A stretch of 64,000 bases of DNA from an uncultured Holophagales bacterium (GCA_963842525.1 CAWJGT010000001.1:416001-480000); one strand, 5' to 3'. Positions 22,589 to 34,700 are shown, counted from the stretch's first letter. Notes: generated by a model not told the origin, from the sequence alone. Made by a program: numbers and translations.

Positions 22589-23356
22589 TCAGAACGGGTT
22601 GTCCGTCAGGGCCTTCAGCTTTTCGTTGTAGGTGCGGCCGGACCGCAGGCGGACGTCGTTGTGCAGGGTGACCACGTACTCGCCGTGCAGGGCCGGCTCG
22701 AGCTCCTTGATCCGGCCGACGTTGACCAGGATCGAGCGGTGGATGCGGACGAAGGTGTCGGGATCGAGGGATTTCTCCAGTGTGCTCAGGGCCACATGGA
22801 CCAGGTGCGACGCCCGGCCGATGTGCAGCTTGACGTAGTTCTCCGCGGCCTCGATCCAGTCCACGTCGCCGATGTCGACGAAAACGGTCTTGCCGGCCGA
22901 ACGGACCGCCAGCCGCTTCACGGAGCGGTGCGGCGCGGCGATCGTTTCAAGGAGCGACAGGATCTGCCGGCTGGCCTCTCCTCCGGGCTGCGCCTGCAGG
23001 CGCTCCTTGGCCCGGCCGAGCGCCTGGGCGAAACGCTCCCGGGTGACCGGTTTGAGCAGATAGTCGATGGCGTTGATCTCGAACGCCCGGATCGCGTATT
23101 TGTCGTGCGCCGTGACGAAGACGACCGCGGGCATCCGCTCGGCGCCGATCTCCTGGACCACCGAAAACCCGTCCATCTCCGGCATCTGTATGTCCAGGAA
23201 GACGAGGTCTGGCCGCGTCCTGCCGAGGGCCGCGACCGCCTCGCGGCCGTCCTTCGCCTCATGGATGACCGCAAAGTCCGGGTCTTCGGAGAGCAGCATG
23301 CGCAGGCCTTCGCGCGCCAGCGGCTCGTCATCGACGATCAGCGTGGTCCAGGGCAT
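22589..23356 (-). CDS. LytTR family response regulator
   Basis: IVDDEPLAR, FLDIQMP, DYLLKP, FVRIHRS. Confidence 0.95.
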   Translation of the reverse strand: MPWTTLIVDDEPLAREGLRMLLSEDPDFAVIHEAKDGREAVAALGRTRPDLVFLDIQMPEMDGFSVVQEIGAERMPAVVFVTAHDKYAIRAFEINAIDYLLKPVTRERFAQALGRAKERLQAQPGGEASRQILSLLETIAAPHRSVKRLAVRSAGKTVFVDIGDVDWIEAAENYVKLHIGRASHLVHVALSTLEKSLDPDTFVRIHRSILVNVGRIKELEPALHGEYVVTLHNDVRLRSGRTYNEKLKALTDNPF

Positions 23357-24519
23357 GGACTTCCATCACCTCCGTCGCCACGGTTGCCAGCCGGCCCGGG
23401 CTCGACGCGATAGGGGAGGACGAGGGTGGCCACGGCTCCGCCCTGGGCGCCGTTCTCCAGGGTCAGCTTCGCCGCGTCGCCGTAGAGCTGCCGCAGGCGC
23501 GCCCGCGTGTTCGCCAGGCCAATCCCCCGAATACCACGCGCCGCGTCGAGGCTCCCGGCGGAGAGGCCGGGCCCATCGTCGCGCACCTGGATCTCGAGGG
23601 AGCCGTTGACCCGCGCGGCATTGATCTCGATCCTGCCCGCCGCCGAGCGGCGTCCGATGCCGTGGCGGACGGCGTTTTCGACGATCGGCTGCAAGCCCAT
23701 GTAGGGGACCGCGGCATCGAGAGTCGCCGGCTCGGCGGAGATCTCGACGCGCAAGCGATCCTGGAAACGGACCTGCTCGATCGACAGATAGAGCTCCAGA
23801 TATTCGAGCTCGCGCCGGAGCGGTACTTCCTGCGCATCGACGTCCTCCAGGACACAGCGCAGGAGATCGCTGAGGCGGGCGAGCATCTCCTCCGCCTGCC
23901 GGCCTTTCTCCTGGCGCACCAGCACCATGATCGCGTTCAGCGTATTGAACAGGAAATGCGGCTGGAGCTGTCCCTTGAGCGCGCTCAATTGCGCCTGCAC
24001 GAGCTCGGATTGCAGCTTGGAGGTCTGGAGCTCCAACTGGAGCGCCTGCCGCCTGCGTTCCTGATACTGGTGGTAATAGTGGAAGGCGGCTTGAATGCCC
24101 AGCACGATCCAATAGCTGGAGATGTTGCCATGGAAGCCGAAGACCAGCAGGAAGCCCAACGTGGCGGAAAAACTGGTCATGATCGCGGGAAAGATCCCCA
24201 GGCTGGAGAGGATGGCGCTGTCCAGGACGAGAATGACGACGGAAAACACCATGCTGAACAGCAGATGCAGCATCACCCGCCGTAGCCACTTCCGCCGTTC
24301 GATGGGAAAGCGGCGGCCGAGCCAGAGGATGCCGGGAGTGAACGCGGCGCAGAGGTAGACCCCCGTCATCCAGGACAACAGGAAGTGCCACCAGGGCGTG
24401 GGATCACCGAAGACGAGCTTACGCGTGAGGTCCTGGGAGAGGTAGAAGAGGCCGGCCGCCGTCCACGCCAGGAAATATCCGGCGAGTCGCAGCAGCCCGC
24501 GTCGGTTGACCAGTCCCAT
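23338..24519 (-). CDS. LytS/YehU family sensor histidine kinase
   Basis: TM helices; QLQPHFLFNTLN, LQPIVENAVRHG, DDGPG, GIGLAN. Confidence 0.95.
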   Translation of the reverse strand: MGLVNRRGLLRLAGYFLAWTAAGLFYLSQDLTRKLVFGDPTPWWHFLLSWMTGVYLCAAFTPGILWLGRRFPIERRKWLRRVMLHLLFSMVFSVVILVLDSAILSSLGIFPAIMTSFSATLGFLLVFGFHGNISSYWIVLGIQAAFHYYHQYQERRRQALQLELQTSKLQSELVQAQLSALKGQLQPHFLFNTLNAIMVLVRQEKGRQAEEMLARLSDLLRCVLEDVDAQEVPLRRELEYLELYLSIEQVRFQDRLRVEISAEPATLDAAVPYMGLQPIVENAVRHGIGRRSAAGRIEINAARVNGSLEIQVRDDGPGLSAGSLDAARGIRGIGLANTRARLRQLYGDAAKLTLENGAQGGAVATLVLPYRVEPGPAGNRGDGGDGSPCPGPR

Positions 24520-24566
24520 CAGAAGACCAGCTTAGCGCAGCCCATCCACCGATGGGCTGCGCCGTG

Positions 24567-25931
24567 CTACGGGGTCCGCAGAGGTGCGAACCGCGCGTCC
24601 AGGTCGTGCTCGGCCCGCCGCAGGAAGACGAGGACGTCTTCGAGGAAGGCGACCGTTCCCAGACCCAGCTCGAACGTCTCCCGCAGGAGCTGCACCGCGG
24701 CGAGGACCTCGCGCTGGATGCGGAGGGCCCGGAACACCTCGGCGGCGTTCAGGACCGTCTCGCGGGCCTCGCGGCTCCGTTGGAGGCGCAGCAGGACCGT
24801 CGCGAGGTCCAGGGCCGCCAGGGCCGCCTGATAGCCCAGCTCGGCCTGCTCGAAACCCTCCCGGACCTCCCGGAAGGTCTGCTCGGCCCGCGCGAGCTTC
24901 CCGAGGCCGGCGTCGATCCGCCCTTCCAGCCATTGCAGCTTGAGCTGGTTGATGCGGCCGCCCGCCTGCTCGTAGCGCCACCGGTTGAGGAAGAGCGTCT
25001 TGCGCGCCTCTTCGAACCGGCCGCAGTCCGCGAGGAACGCGAGCTGGTTGTGGACCGCCGAGAAGACCAGGTCGGGATCCCGGCGCTCGTCCACGAGCTC
25101 GAGCCCCTGTTGGAGGAGCCGGATCGCGCTCTCGGGCTCGCCGGAGTAGAAGGTGAAGATCCCCATGCTCAGGAGGGCGCGGCCCGCGAGGTGCTTCTGC
25201 CCGTGCTGGAGATAGAGGGTATAGACGAGGCAGAGGGTCGTCCGGGCCTGCTCGAACCGGCGCCGCGCCCGGTAGAGCGACGAGAGGAGGTCCAGCATGT
25301 GGGCCAGCAGCAGCTTGTCGCCGCTGCCTTGACGATAGAGCTCGTACGCCTTGTCGAAGTTCTCCTCGGCGCCGTCGAGGTCCTCGGAGACGCGGAGGGC
25401 ATTGGCCAGCTCGGCCCAGGCCCGGCACTGGATATCCGCGACCTGCTCCGCCCCGATCTCCGGGGCATCGAGGTCGCGGGCCGCCAGGGTGGCAAGCCGG
25501 GCGAAGTCCACCATCTGGGCTGGATCGTCGTGGCGGACGGCCCAGCTCCTCTCCAGGAGCGCCTCCACCAGCGGGAGGCCGCGGTCGTTCCGGGAGAGCC
25601 CTTCGAGGGCCAAGGGACCGCCGGCTTCGAGCCGCGCCACGATCTGGCGGCTCCTCTCGTCCTTTCGGCGCCAGCTCTTCTCGTACTTGAGCGCCTTTGC
25701 CGTGGCCCGATCGATCGCGGCGTCGTAGGCATCCTCCCCGTCGGGCCTTGTGCTCACGGCCGCAGGGTGGACCTCGAACGCCGCGGGAGCCGCGGCCAGG
25801 CAGATCTCACAGCCTCGCAAGAGGTGGCGCAGAACCTCGCTGGACAGCTTCAGCGGCAGCTCGCCACTGGCGAACGCCGACATCTCCGCCGGAGAGGGGT
25901 GGTCGGTCAATGCTTTCTCCTTTCGGGCCAC
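24567..25931 (-). CDS. TPR-repeat protein with N-terminal zf-HC2/anti-sigma-like zinc motif
   Basis: HPS...GEL...HLLRGCEIC followed by helical TPR-like repeats. Confidence 0.75.
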   Translation of the reverse strand: MARKEKALTDHPSPAEMSAFASGELPLKLSSEVLRHLLRGCEICLAAAPAAFEVHPAAVSTRPDGEDAYDAAIDRATAKALKYEKSWRRKDERSRQIVARLEAGGPLALEGLSRNDRGLPLVEALLERSWAVRHDDPAQMVDFARLATLAARDLDAPEIGAEQVADIQCRAWAELANALRVSEDLDGAEENFDKAYELYRQGSGDKLLLAHMLDLLSSLYRARRRFEQARTTLCLVYTLYLQHGQKHLAGRALLSMGIFTFYSGEPESAIRLLQQGLELVDERRDPDLVFSAVHNQLAFLADCGRFEEARKTLFLNRWRYEQAGGRINQLKLQWLEGRIDAGLGKLARAEQTFREVREGFEQAELGYQAALAALDLATVLLRLQRSREARETVLNAAEVFRALRIQREVLAAVQLLRETFELGLGTVAFLEDVLVFLRRAEHDLDARFAPLRTP

Positions 25932-26009
25932 TATCTTGACATACGCAGAGCAAGCTCGTCAGGTTGTGACAGGGGCGTCGGGACGGACCACCCCCGGCGA
26001 GCCGATCTG

Positions 26010-26321
26010 CTAGCCGTTTGGATCGATGCAGATCCCATCCTCCCCCTGGATGCTGCCGGGGCTGCACGTCGTCGCGTGGACGGTCTGACATGGAACGCCG
26101 TTCGGGTCGATGCAGATCCCATCCTGCTGGTATACGTGCATCCCGCCGCTCGGCTCAGTCTCGCCAAAGAAGCCCAGGACCCAGGTCCAGGCCCTCTCGA
26201 AAAGGCCGGGAGATGTGTACTGCCAATCCCCCCGCCCGGCTGCCTCTGCGGGGCCCACCACCAGCAGGGCAGCCGCGAGGATCCCCGCAGCGATGATGCG
26301 CCGCGCCGTCCTCTGAGACAT
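26010..26321 (-). CDS. Small secreted protein with two DGICIDPNG motifs (candidate signalling/RiPP precursor)
   Basis: AAAGGAGG RBS, signal peptide ending AEA-A, motif internal and at the extreme C-terminus. Confidence 0.75.
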   Translation of the reverse strand: MSQRTARRIIAAGILAAALLVVGPAEAAGRGDWQYTSPGLFERAWTWVLGFFGETEPSGGMHVYQQDGICIDPNGVPCQTVHATTCSPGSIQGEDGICIDPNG

Positions 26322-26502
26322 CGCAATCCCTCCTTTGCCGCAGGTCGGGCCGGCCCGCCATGGTCCAGCCGCCCGCGGTCGAACATGCTCCGTTGCCGAT
26401 CCATCCCCTCTCGTACGCGGAACACCTTTTCTGCCTGATGCAGACCCCGTTGTCTTCGGCTTGAACATTATGGTACTCCAAGGACACCACGGATGGGAAC
26501 CC

Positions 26503-27291
26503 CTACCGGAGCTGTTGCCAGGCGAGGAGGGCCGTCACCAGCAGCCCGATGACGACCACCGCGGCGCGGGCCTTCTCCTGGCCGATCAGGCGGGAGAAGC
26601 GGGCTCCCGCATAGCCGCCCGCGGCAGCTCCCACCGCGAGCACCAGGGCCTCGGGCCAGGAGACGGCGCCGCGGAGGATGAAATAGGCCGCGGCCACGCT
26701 GTTGATGCACAGGTTGAAGAAGTTCTTGAGCCCGTTCATGGCATGGATGTCCGTCAGGCCCAGGAACCCGAGCAGGGCGAGCATCAGGATGCCGATGCCG
26801 GCGCCGAAATAACCGCCATAGACCGCGACGCCAAGCTGGAGGAGGACGGCGACGGCCCAGCGTCCCGGCCCGAGGTCGGACGGCGAGGGATCGCCCGCGC
26901 TCTCCCGGGCTGGAAAGAACCGGCGGGACAGGACCCCGCGCAGCATGAAGAGGACGGTGGCGAAGAGGATGAGGACCGGAGCGAGGGCCTTGAAGGTCTG
27001 CTCCGGGGTGCGCAGGAGCAGGACCGATCCGAGGGTCCCGCCCACGAGGCTGGGGAGGAAGAGGGTCTTGAGCCATGCCTTGTTGGCCGCGATTTCACGT
27101 CGAAAGCCGGCCATGCTCGTGACGGCGCCGGGCAGCAGGGCCACGGTCGACGTGGCATTTGCCGTGATCGCCGGCATGCCGAGGAACACCAGGGTGGGAA
27201 AGGTGAGGATCGTGCCGCCGCCGGCCATGGCGTTCATCGCTCCCGCACCGAAACCCGAGGCGGCGAGAGCGACGATCTGGCCGGGGGTCAT
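26503..27291 (-). CDS. TauE/SafE sulfite exporter family protein
   Basis: MNAMAGGGTILTFP, ANATST, YGGYFGAGIG. Confidence 0.9.
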   Translation of the reverse strand: MTPGQIVALAASGFGAGAMNAMAGGGTILTFPTLVFLGMPAITANATSTVALLPGAVTSMAGFRREIAANKAWLKTLFLPSLVGGTLGSVLLLRTPEQTFKALAPVLILFATVLFMLRGVLSRRFFPARESAGDPSPSDLGPGRWAVAVLLQLGVAVYGGYFGAGIGILMLALLGFLGLTDIHAMNGLKNFFNLCINSVAAAYFILRGAVSWPEALVLAVGAAAGGYAGARFSRLIGQEKARAAVVVIGLLVTALLAWQQLR

Positions 27292-27342
27292 GGGGTAGGG
27301 ATTATGGCATGGGGTACGATACCCCCCACCCAGGAGGAGAGC

Positions 27343-28761
<1,419 letters not shown>

Positions 28762-28765
28762 GCGC

Positions 28766-29188
28766 TCAGCCCCGCCGGCCCCAGAGCGCGCCGACCGCCA
28801 GCATGACGCTTGCGCTGCCGACGACGGCGGCGGCGAGCAGGAGGTCGGAGCGGGACAGGCTGGATCCGGCGGCGAGCAGAAGGGCCAGCAGCGCGGCGAC
28901 GTGGAGGCCCAGGGTCAGGAGGAGCGGAGCCCGCAGCGCCCTCTCGGTGGTCACGGCCCGGCGCATGACCGAGGGTTTGTCCTGTTGCTCCGGCGCCGGA
29001 CGCGGCGGCGGGGCCTGCGCGAGCGGAGGCGCCTGGACGGGGCGCGCCGGCGGTTCCGGCCCTGCGGTCAGGTTGGCTTTGCCCTCGTCCGGCACCGCGA
29101 GGGTGCGGTGGAGGGCGCGCCGGGGGCGTACCCGGATCGGCGGATGCGGGCGGGGCGGACTGACGGGCTGCCGGATCGGATCGGCCAT
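28766..29188 (-). CDS. Pro-rich hypothetical membrane protein (2 C-terminal TM helices)
   Basis: ORF composition; GGGA RBS. Confidence 0.55.
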   Translation of the reverse strand: MADPIRQPVSPPRPHPPIRVRPRRALHRTLAVPDEGKANLTAGPEPPARPVQAPPLAQAPPPRPAPEQQDKPSVMRRAVTTERALRAPLLLTLGLHVAALLALLLAAGSSLSRSDLLLAAAVVGSASVMLAVGALWGRRG

Positions 29189-29307
29189 GGCGCAGAGTCC
29201 CTCACTTGTTTAGTGACGGACCACGTCAAAATGTTTCGCCGCCGGATGGAGAAATTTGACAGGCGGACCCGCGGCACTGTCCACGGGACCGCCTGCCGGT
29301 GGTGGAA

Positions 29308-29562
29308 TCAGACGGGCCTCACCTCGTAGCCGTTGCCGTTCCGGAACAGCTCGACGTGGATGTCCGGGTCGTCGACGTCGAAGAAGGCGACGACCTGGCC
29401 GTCGACCAGGAACTCGCAGCGTTGCCCGCGGGTCACATCCACGCTGTGGACCTTTCCCGGTGCGATCTTCCCGCTCTTGGGGATGGCACGGGCCATGCCC
29501 ATGCCTCCGCCGCTGGCCACCCGATAGTCCGTGTTCTGCCCTGTCGAATTGGAAACATTCAT
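29308..29562 (-). CDS. Small protein B with MNVSNSTGQNTDYRVASGGG N-terminus
   Basis: AAAGGAGG RBS; N-terminus shared with 29610..30014. Confidence 0.7.
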   Translation of the reverse strand: MNVSNSTGQNTDYRVASGGGMGMARAIPKSGKIAPGKVHSVDVTRGQRCEFLVDGQVVAFFDVDDPDIHVELFRNGNGYEVRPV

Positions 29563-29609
29563 CTCATCCCTCCTTTCGGCCCACCGTGCCGCCGGTGAGC
29601 ACACTCCTT

Positions 29610-30014
29610 TCAACCGGCCATCGGCGACCCCGGTTCTGCCGCCGAGCCGACGACCTTCTTTCCAGGGGGCTTCGAGGGCGGCTGCCGTGGCTTGACGGGC
29701 TCGCTGGGCTCGGCAGGCTTGGCGGGCTTGGAGACCATGACGCTGAACTTCCCCTTGGACGGCCCCATCAGGATGATGAGACAGGAGGAATCCTTGACCT
29801 TGGCTTCGGCCAGAAGGGTCTTGGTCCCTGGCTTGAAGAACCGGATATGCCAGGAAGTCCCGTCAGGCAGCTTCAGATTCTTGTGGTGGCTGTTCGGGCC
29901 GAGCTTGCTCGCGAGCTCTTTGTTGTTGCCCGGCTTGCCGGTCACGGGGGGCGGCCCCCCCCCGCTCGCGACTCGATAGTCGGTGTTCTGGCCCGTCGAG
30001 TTGGACACATCCAT
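29610..30014 (-). CDS. Small Lys/Pro-rich protein A with MDVSNSTGQNTDYRVASGGG N-terminus
   Basis: AGGAG RBS; N-terminus shared with 29308..29562. Confidence 0.7.
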   Translation of the reverse strand: MDVSNSTGQNTDYRVASGGGPPPVTGKPGNNKELASKLGPNSHHKNLKLPDGTSWHIRFFKPGTKTLLAEAKVKDSSCLIILMGPSKGKFSVMVSKPAKPAEPSEPVKPRQPPSKPPGKKVVGSAAEPGSPMAG

Positions 30015-30078
30015 GATTGGTTCTCCTGTTGAAGATCCCTCCACCGTCGGAGGTTCGATGGCGGGAGCGGGGTGGAAA

Positions 30079-31071
30079 TCAACGATCCATGGCACGGACC
30101 TCGAAGACGGGCGCGCCGAGGAGCTCGGGCTCACCGCCTGCATTGACACCGCGCAGCATGATCCTGTAACGGCCTGAGGATAGCTTATCAGCAGGTAGCG
30201 AGACGATCACAACCGGCACTCCCTCGATCGTCGCAGGCATGAGCGAATCCGGGGCGACCTCGTCTCCCGTGTCGGTCCGGCTCACGGTCGCGGTGAAGGA
30301 GTCGAAGCTTTCTTCCTCGTCCAGGAGGAGCTGGACCTTGACCTGCTTCGTCCCGGGACGAAGCTCGAAGACCGCGGTCTCCTGGCTGGATCGCACACCC
30401 ACGAGATCGAGCGAAAATTCCTGCACGGTCTGGATATCCGGCACCGGCTCGTTCTGCTCGGCGATCTGTTCCGGTGGTGGTGCAGGGGCCGGCTCCGGCG
30501 AGGCCTGCTCCCGCTCGACGGGCGTTTTCGCCTGCGGGGTCCCGGTTACCGGGGCCGGTGGGGTTGCCTCCGGCGGCGCGACGTGTGACCGGGGCTCTCC
30601 GGGAGAGGGGGTCTCCCTCTGGGCGATCGCCACGCCGCTCCTGGGATCTCCCGGATGTACGGTCTGCTGTGCCAGCCACAAGCCGGCGACGACCACGCTG
30701 AGGCTGGCGGCCAGGGCTGCTGCGCGGATCTCCGGCCGGTCGAGAGACAGCCACCTGCGGAAGGGGAGAACGGAGCCACGCGGCTTCGCCTCGTTCCGCT
30801 CGCCGGAGATGATGATCAGGCTCCGGCTCACTGCCAGTCGGGCACGGCCGCGTGGTGAGGAGGCCAGCCGCCGGCGGACCGCCGCGCGCTCGCCGGAGGA
30901 GAGCTCACCTCGCGCGTAGGCTGCCAGCAGGTCGCCCTCGATGGCCTCGGACAATTCGAACAGCTCGCCGTCGGCGAGCAGCTCCTGCTCCAGGGTCTCG
31001 GCCTCGCCGGCGCCGAGCTTGCCGAGGAGGTATTGGCGCAACATCGCTTCCTTGATTTCATCAGATTTCAT
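30079..31071 (-). CDS. Putative transmembrane anti-sigma factor
   Basis: LRQYLLG...LEQELL...YARGELS anti-sigma-like N-domain, one TM, Pro-rich linker, beta C-domain; follows ECF sigma. Confidence 0.75.
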   Translation of the reverse strand: MKSDEIKEAMLRQYLLGKLGAGEAETLEQELLADGELFELSEAIEGDLLAAYARGELSSGERAAVRRRLASSPRGRARLAVSRSLIIISGERNEAKPRGSVLPFRRWLSLDRPEIRAAALAASLSVVVAGLWLAQQTVHPGDPRSGVAIAQRETPSPGEPRSHVAPPEATPPAPVTGTPQAKTPVEREQASPEPAPAPPPEQIAEQNEPVPDIQTVQEFSLDLVGVRSSQETAVFELRPGTKQVKVQLLLDEEESFDSFTATVSRTDTGDEVAPDSLMPATIEGVPVVIVSLPADKLSSGRYRIMLRGVNAGGEPELLGAPVFEVRAMDR

Positions 31072-31153
31072 GGGATCTCCCTCTTCCGTCATTTTCAGCT
31101 CCCACTATGGATGTCAGGTTCGGGAGAATCGTTTCGCCGGTCTCCGGAACGGC

Positions 31154-31753
31154 TCAGTTCCGCAGGCGTTCCCGGACGCAATCCTCGAGCTTGCGGCGGA
31201 TGCGGTGGACGCGGATGCGCAGCGCGTTCATGGGGATCCCGAGCTGCTCGGAGAGGTCCTTGCGGCCCCGGATGTTGTTCTCCCCCCGGTGGTAGACGAG
31301 GACGAGATGGCGCTGCTCGGGGGGGACCTTCTCGAGGCACTGCTGGAGCGCGTCGAGCCGCTCGTCGTCGACCGGTTCCTCGGCCGGCTCCGGCAGCCAG
31401 GCGTCGCTCTCGAACGCCGTGCGTTCCCGGTTGGCGCGCCGCAGAACCTCCTTGTAGACCAGATGGGCGACGCCGCAGAAGTAGCCGTACGGATCGGCCG
31501 ACCGCAGCTCCACCCCCTCGGCCATCCGGCGGGCGACCCGGTTGATGGTCTCGTCGGTCAGGTCTTCGGGAGAGGGACAGCCCCGCCATTCGAAGAGGCG
31601 GACCAGCCGGCGGCGGATCTCCTCGTACTTCTCCCCCGCCTTGTTGCGGTCGGGGCCGAGGTGTGCGAGGAGTGCCTCCAGGCCTTCGCGCGTCAATCCC
31701 TCGGGCCTCTCCTTCGAGGCCTCCAGATCCCCTCCGGAAGGGCTCACTTCCAT
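31154..31753 (-). CDS. ECF-type RNA polymerase sigma factor
   Basis: YEEIRRRLVRLFEWRGC..PEDLTDETINRV; region 4 LGIPMNALRIRVHRIR. Confidence 0.85.
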   Translation of the reverse strand: MEVSPSGGDLEASKERPEGLTREGLEALLAHLGPDRNKAGEKYEEIRRRLVRLFEWRGCPSPEDLTDETINRVARRMAEGVELRSADPYGYFCGVAHLVYKEVLRRANRERTAFESDAWLPEPAEEPVDDERLDALQQCLEKVPPEQRHLVLVYHRGENNIRGRKDLSEQLGIPMNALRIRVHRIRRKLEDCVRERLRN

Positions 31754-34700
31754 TCCCCCTGCAGGGAGAAGCCGGCCCAGTAATAGGGGGAGCGGTACCG
31801 CGATTTGCTGGCCATGTCGGCCTGGGCCAGCCGCAGGGCCGCCGCGGGCGGCTTCTTCTGGACCAGCAGGTAGTCGTAGAAGCGCTGCATCAGCAGCGAG
31901 GTGGCCCTGTCCTCGACTTTCCAGAGGCTGGCAAGCACGCGGCTGCTGCCGGCATAGAGGAAGCCGCGCGTCAGCCCGACGAGGCCCTCGCCCCGGATCT
32001 CCTTGCCGAGCGCCGTCTCGCAGGCGGACAGGACGACGAGATCGGCGTCGAGCTCGAGGTTGTAGATCTCCTGGAGACGCAGGAAACCATCCTCCAGGGG
32101 TTTGCCCTGCTGGTCGAACTGCGAGAGCGCGAGCTTCGACAGCTCCGGATGCTCGGTGTTGAGAACGCCATGCGTGGCGAAGTGGACGAAACGGTAATCC
32201 TTGAGCCGGCCGCCGATGGCATTGGCTACGGAAGCATCGGCGCCGAGCGCTTTCCAGTGCTCGGTCGGGTCCGGGACCAGACTGGCGATCTTTTCGCCCT
32301 CAATCCTCGAGAAGGGGAGATAGTCGAGGTCGTAGGGATCGGCTTCGCTCTGCGACACGGCCCCGCGGCCCGGAACGCCGCGGTGGGCGGCGCCCGCGGT
32401 TTTCCTGGCCTCGGCGCGGAGATTTGGGAGGTCCGGGTGGCCCTCGAACAGCGGATCCGCAAAGACGGCCAGGGTTTTCGGGGCGGCTCGCCGGCCAGCC
32501 AGCTCGCGCCGCTGCACGGCGAGCATCGAGGCGGACGGAAGGACCACCACCTCGTTCTGGACGAGCTCCTTGGGAGAGGTTGGGAGGGGCAGGGCCGCGA
32601 AGGGGACGTACTGAAGCATGCCGTCCCCCACGACGAGCAGCAAGCGGTCGCCCAGAAGCGGCTCGACTTGATCGAGGATGAGTTTGCTCAGCGCCAGGGC
32701 GGCGGCTTCGGCCTGCTGGTCGGAACGTCCGGCCTGAGCGTTGTCGCGTGTGGTCACGGCCTGGTAGAACGACACCGCAGGCTCTTCGATCGCCTTGCGC
32801 CCTGGCAGCTCGAAGCTCTGGAGGGAGGTCGACGTGACGGCCCAGAGATAGCTCTTCTCCTTGCCGAGGGCATATTCGAGGAGGAGGGTCCTCTCGCCCA
32901 GGACCTGCTGCTGGATCTCGGCAGCGCTCAGGGGCTCGGGCTGGGTGAGCGAGGCATACCGTCCACTCGCCCGCAGGTCCGCCTGGACCTGTTCGTAATC
33001 GTCCAGGGCTTCCTGGAGATTGCGTTTCGCCTCCGCGATCTGCTCAGGGTCCGCCCCCTGATGGATGAGCTCGAGGTGGCGCCGGTCGCGGGTCCTCACC
33101 GTGGCCCGGCGGTCGCGTTCGAGCTGGATCAGCTTCGGATCGGCGCCTTTCTGGATGTCGGCACCTGCCTCGCTCAAGAGATCGAGAAGGCTGCGGGCGC
33201 GCGCCCGCTCGCTCACCTGCAGGGCGCGAGCGTCGAACCCCATGCCGGGCTGGCGCGCATGGAGCGACATCAGGACGTCGATCGCCAGCTCGTAGTATTC
33301 CTGGCGGGAGGCGAGGAACAGAGCGCTGAGATCCGGGCTCGCGACCCGGCTCCGGAGCGACTCGATCAGGTCGAGCGCTGCCTCCGCGGTCTCGGCGGCG
33401 GCCGCCAAGTCTCCCTGCTTTTTTTGAATCCTGGCAAGCTGCACAGCAAGCTCTGCCTCCCAGGCTGTCGCGCTCCGGCTCTGTGCGATCCGCCGGGCGC
33501 GCTCCAGCGTCGCCCGGGCTGTGGCGAGCTCGCCTTTTTCCCTCTGTGCTGAGGCCTGGGCCTGCAACGAACGAAGCTCCATGTCCTGGGTTCCACCCGC
33601 GAGTCCCGCCACCTGCTCCCACTGGCGGATCGCCTCGTCGCGCCGGCCCATCCGGAGGTACAGGGAGCCGAGGTTGAGGAGCACGCTCACCTGGACCTCG
33701 CGATGGTCCGTCTTCCGAGCGAGCTCCCCGGCCTTTTCATAGGCCTGGAGCGCCCTGTCGTGCTGCTCCAGCTTCTGATAGACCAGGGCGAGGTTGTTGA
33801 GAGTGGCCGCCTCGGACCGGCGGTCCTCGGAGGTGCGGTTCAGCTCGAGGGCCCGGGTGTAGTACTTGGCGGCCTCGTCCCAATTACCCAGTGCGTCATG
33901 GGTGACACCGAGGTTGTTCAGGGAAGCGGCCCGGTCGGCAGGGAGGGTGCGCTCGTCTTCGAGTGCCTCCTTGTAGAAGTCGAAAGCCCGGTCCGGCTCG
34001 CCGAGGCGTTCGAAGGCGGATCCGAGATTGACCAAAATGCTCCCCGGGTAGTCGCCGGTCTTTCGGGTCAGGCGGAGAGCTTCCTCGAGGTCCTGGCGCG
34101 CGGCAGGGGCCTCTCCGAGGTTGTTGAGGAGATGGCCCCGGTTGTTCAGGACCTTGCCTTGGAGCTCGAGGTCACCCTTTTCGCGGGCGAGGCTAAGAGC
34201 GGTCCCGAGAGTCTGGAGCGCTTCCTCGGACCGGGTCAAAAGACTCAGGATGCGGCCGAGCTCGTTCAGGGCAAACATCCGCTTTGCCGGGCTCTGCACC
34301 GCCTGCCACAGGTCGGCGGCTTTGCGGTGCAGGTCTGCTGCCTGATCGAGCTGGCCCAACTCGTTCTTGAGAATGCCGATCTGGTAGAGCTCCTCCGCTT
34401 CCCGTCCCTGGTCCCCGACCTTCTGCCACAGCGCGAGCGCCCGCCCACGGGTTGCGAGTTGATGCTGCAACGGAGCTTTGTCCACGATTTCCTGGATGGC
34501 TGCTTGCGTGGCTAGGACGGCTTCCATGCGGAGCCGGTCCGGCTCGCCGGCTACACGCAGGGGCTGCAGACGGATGCGATAGTGACCTGTCAGCGGGTGC
34601 TTCGAGGCGACGGACACCCTGATCTCATAGGCGCCGGGTTGGTCCGCCACGATCGCGAGCTCTTCGACGTCCCGCGTTGCATTCGGACTGTCGATGCAGA

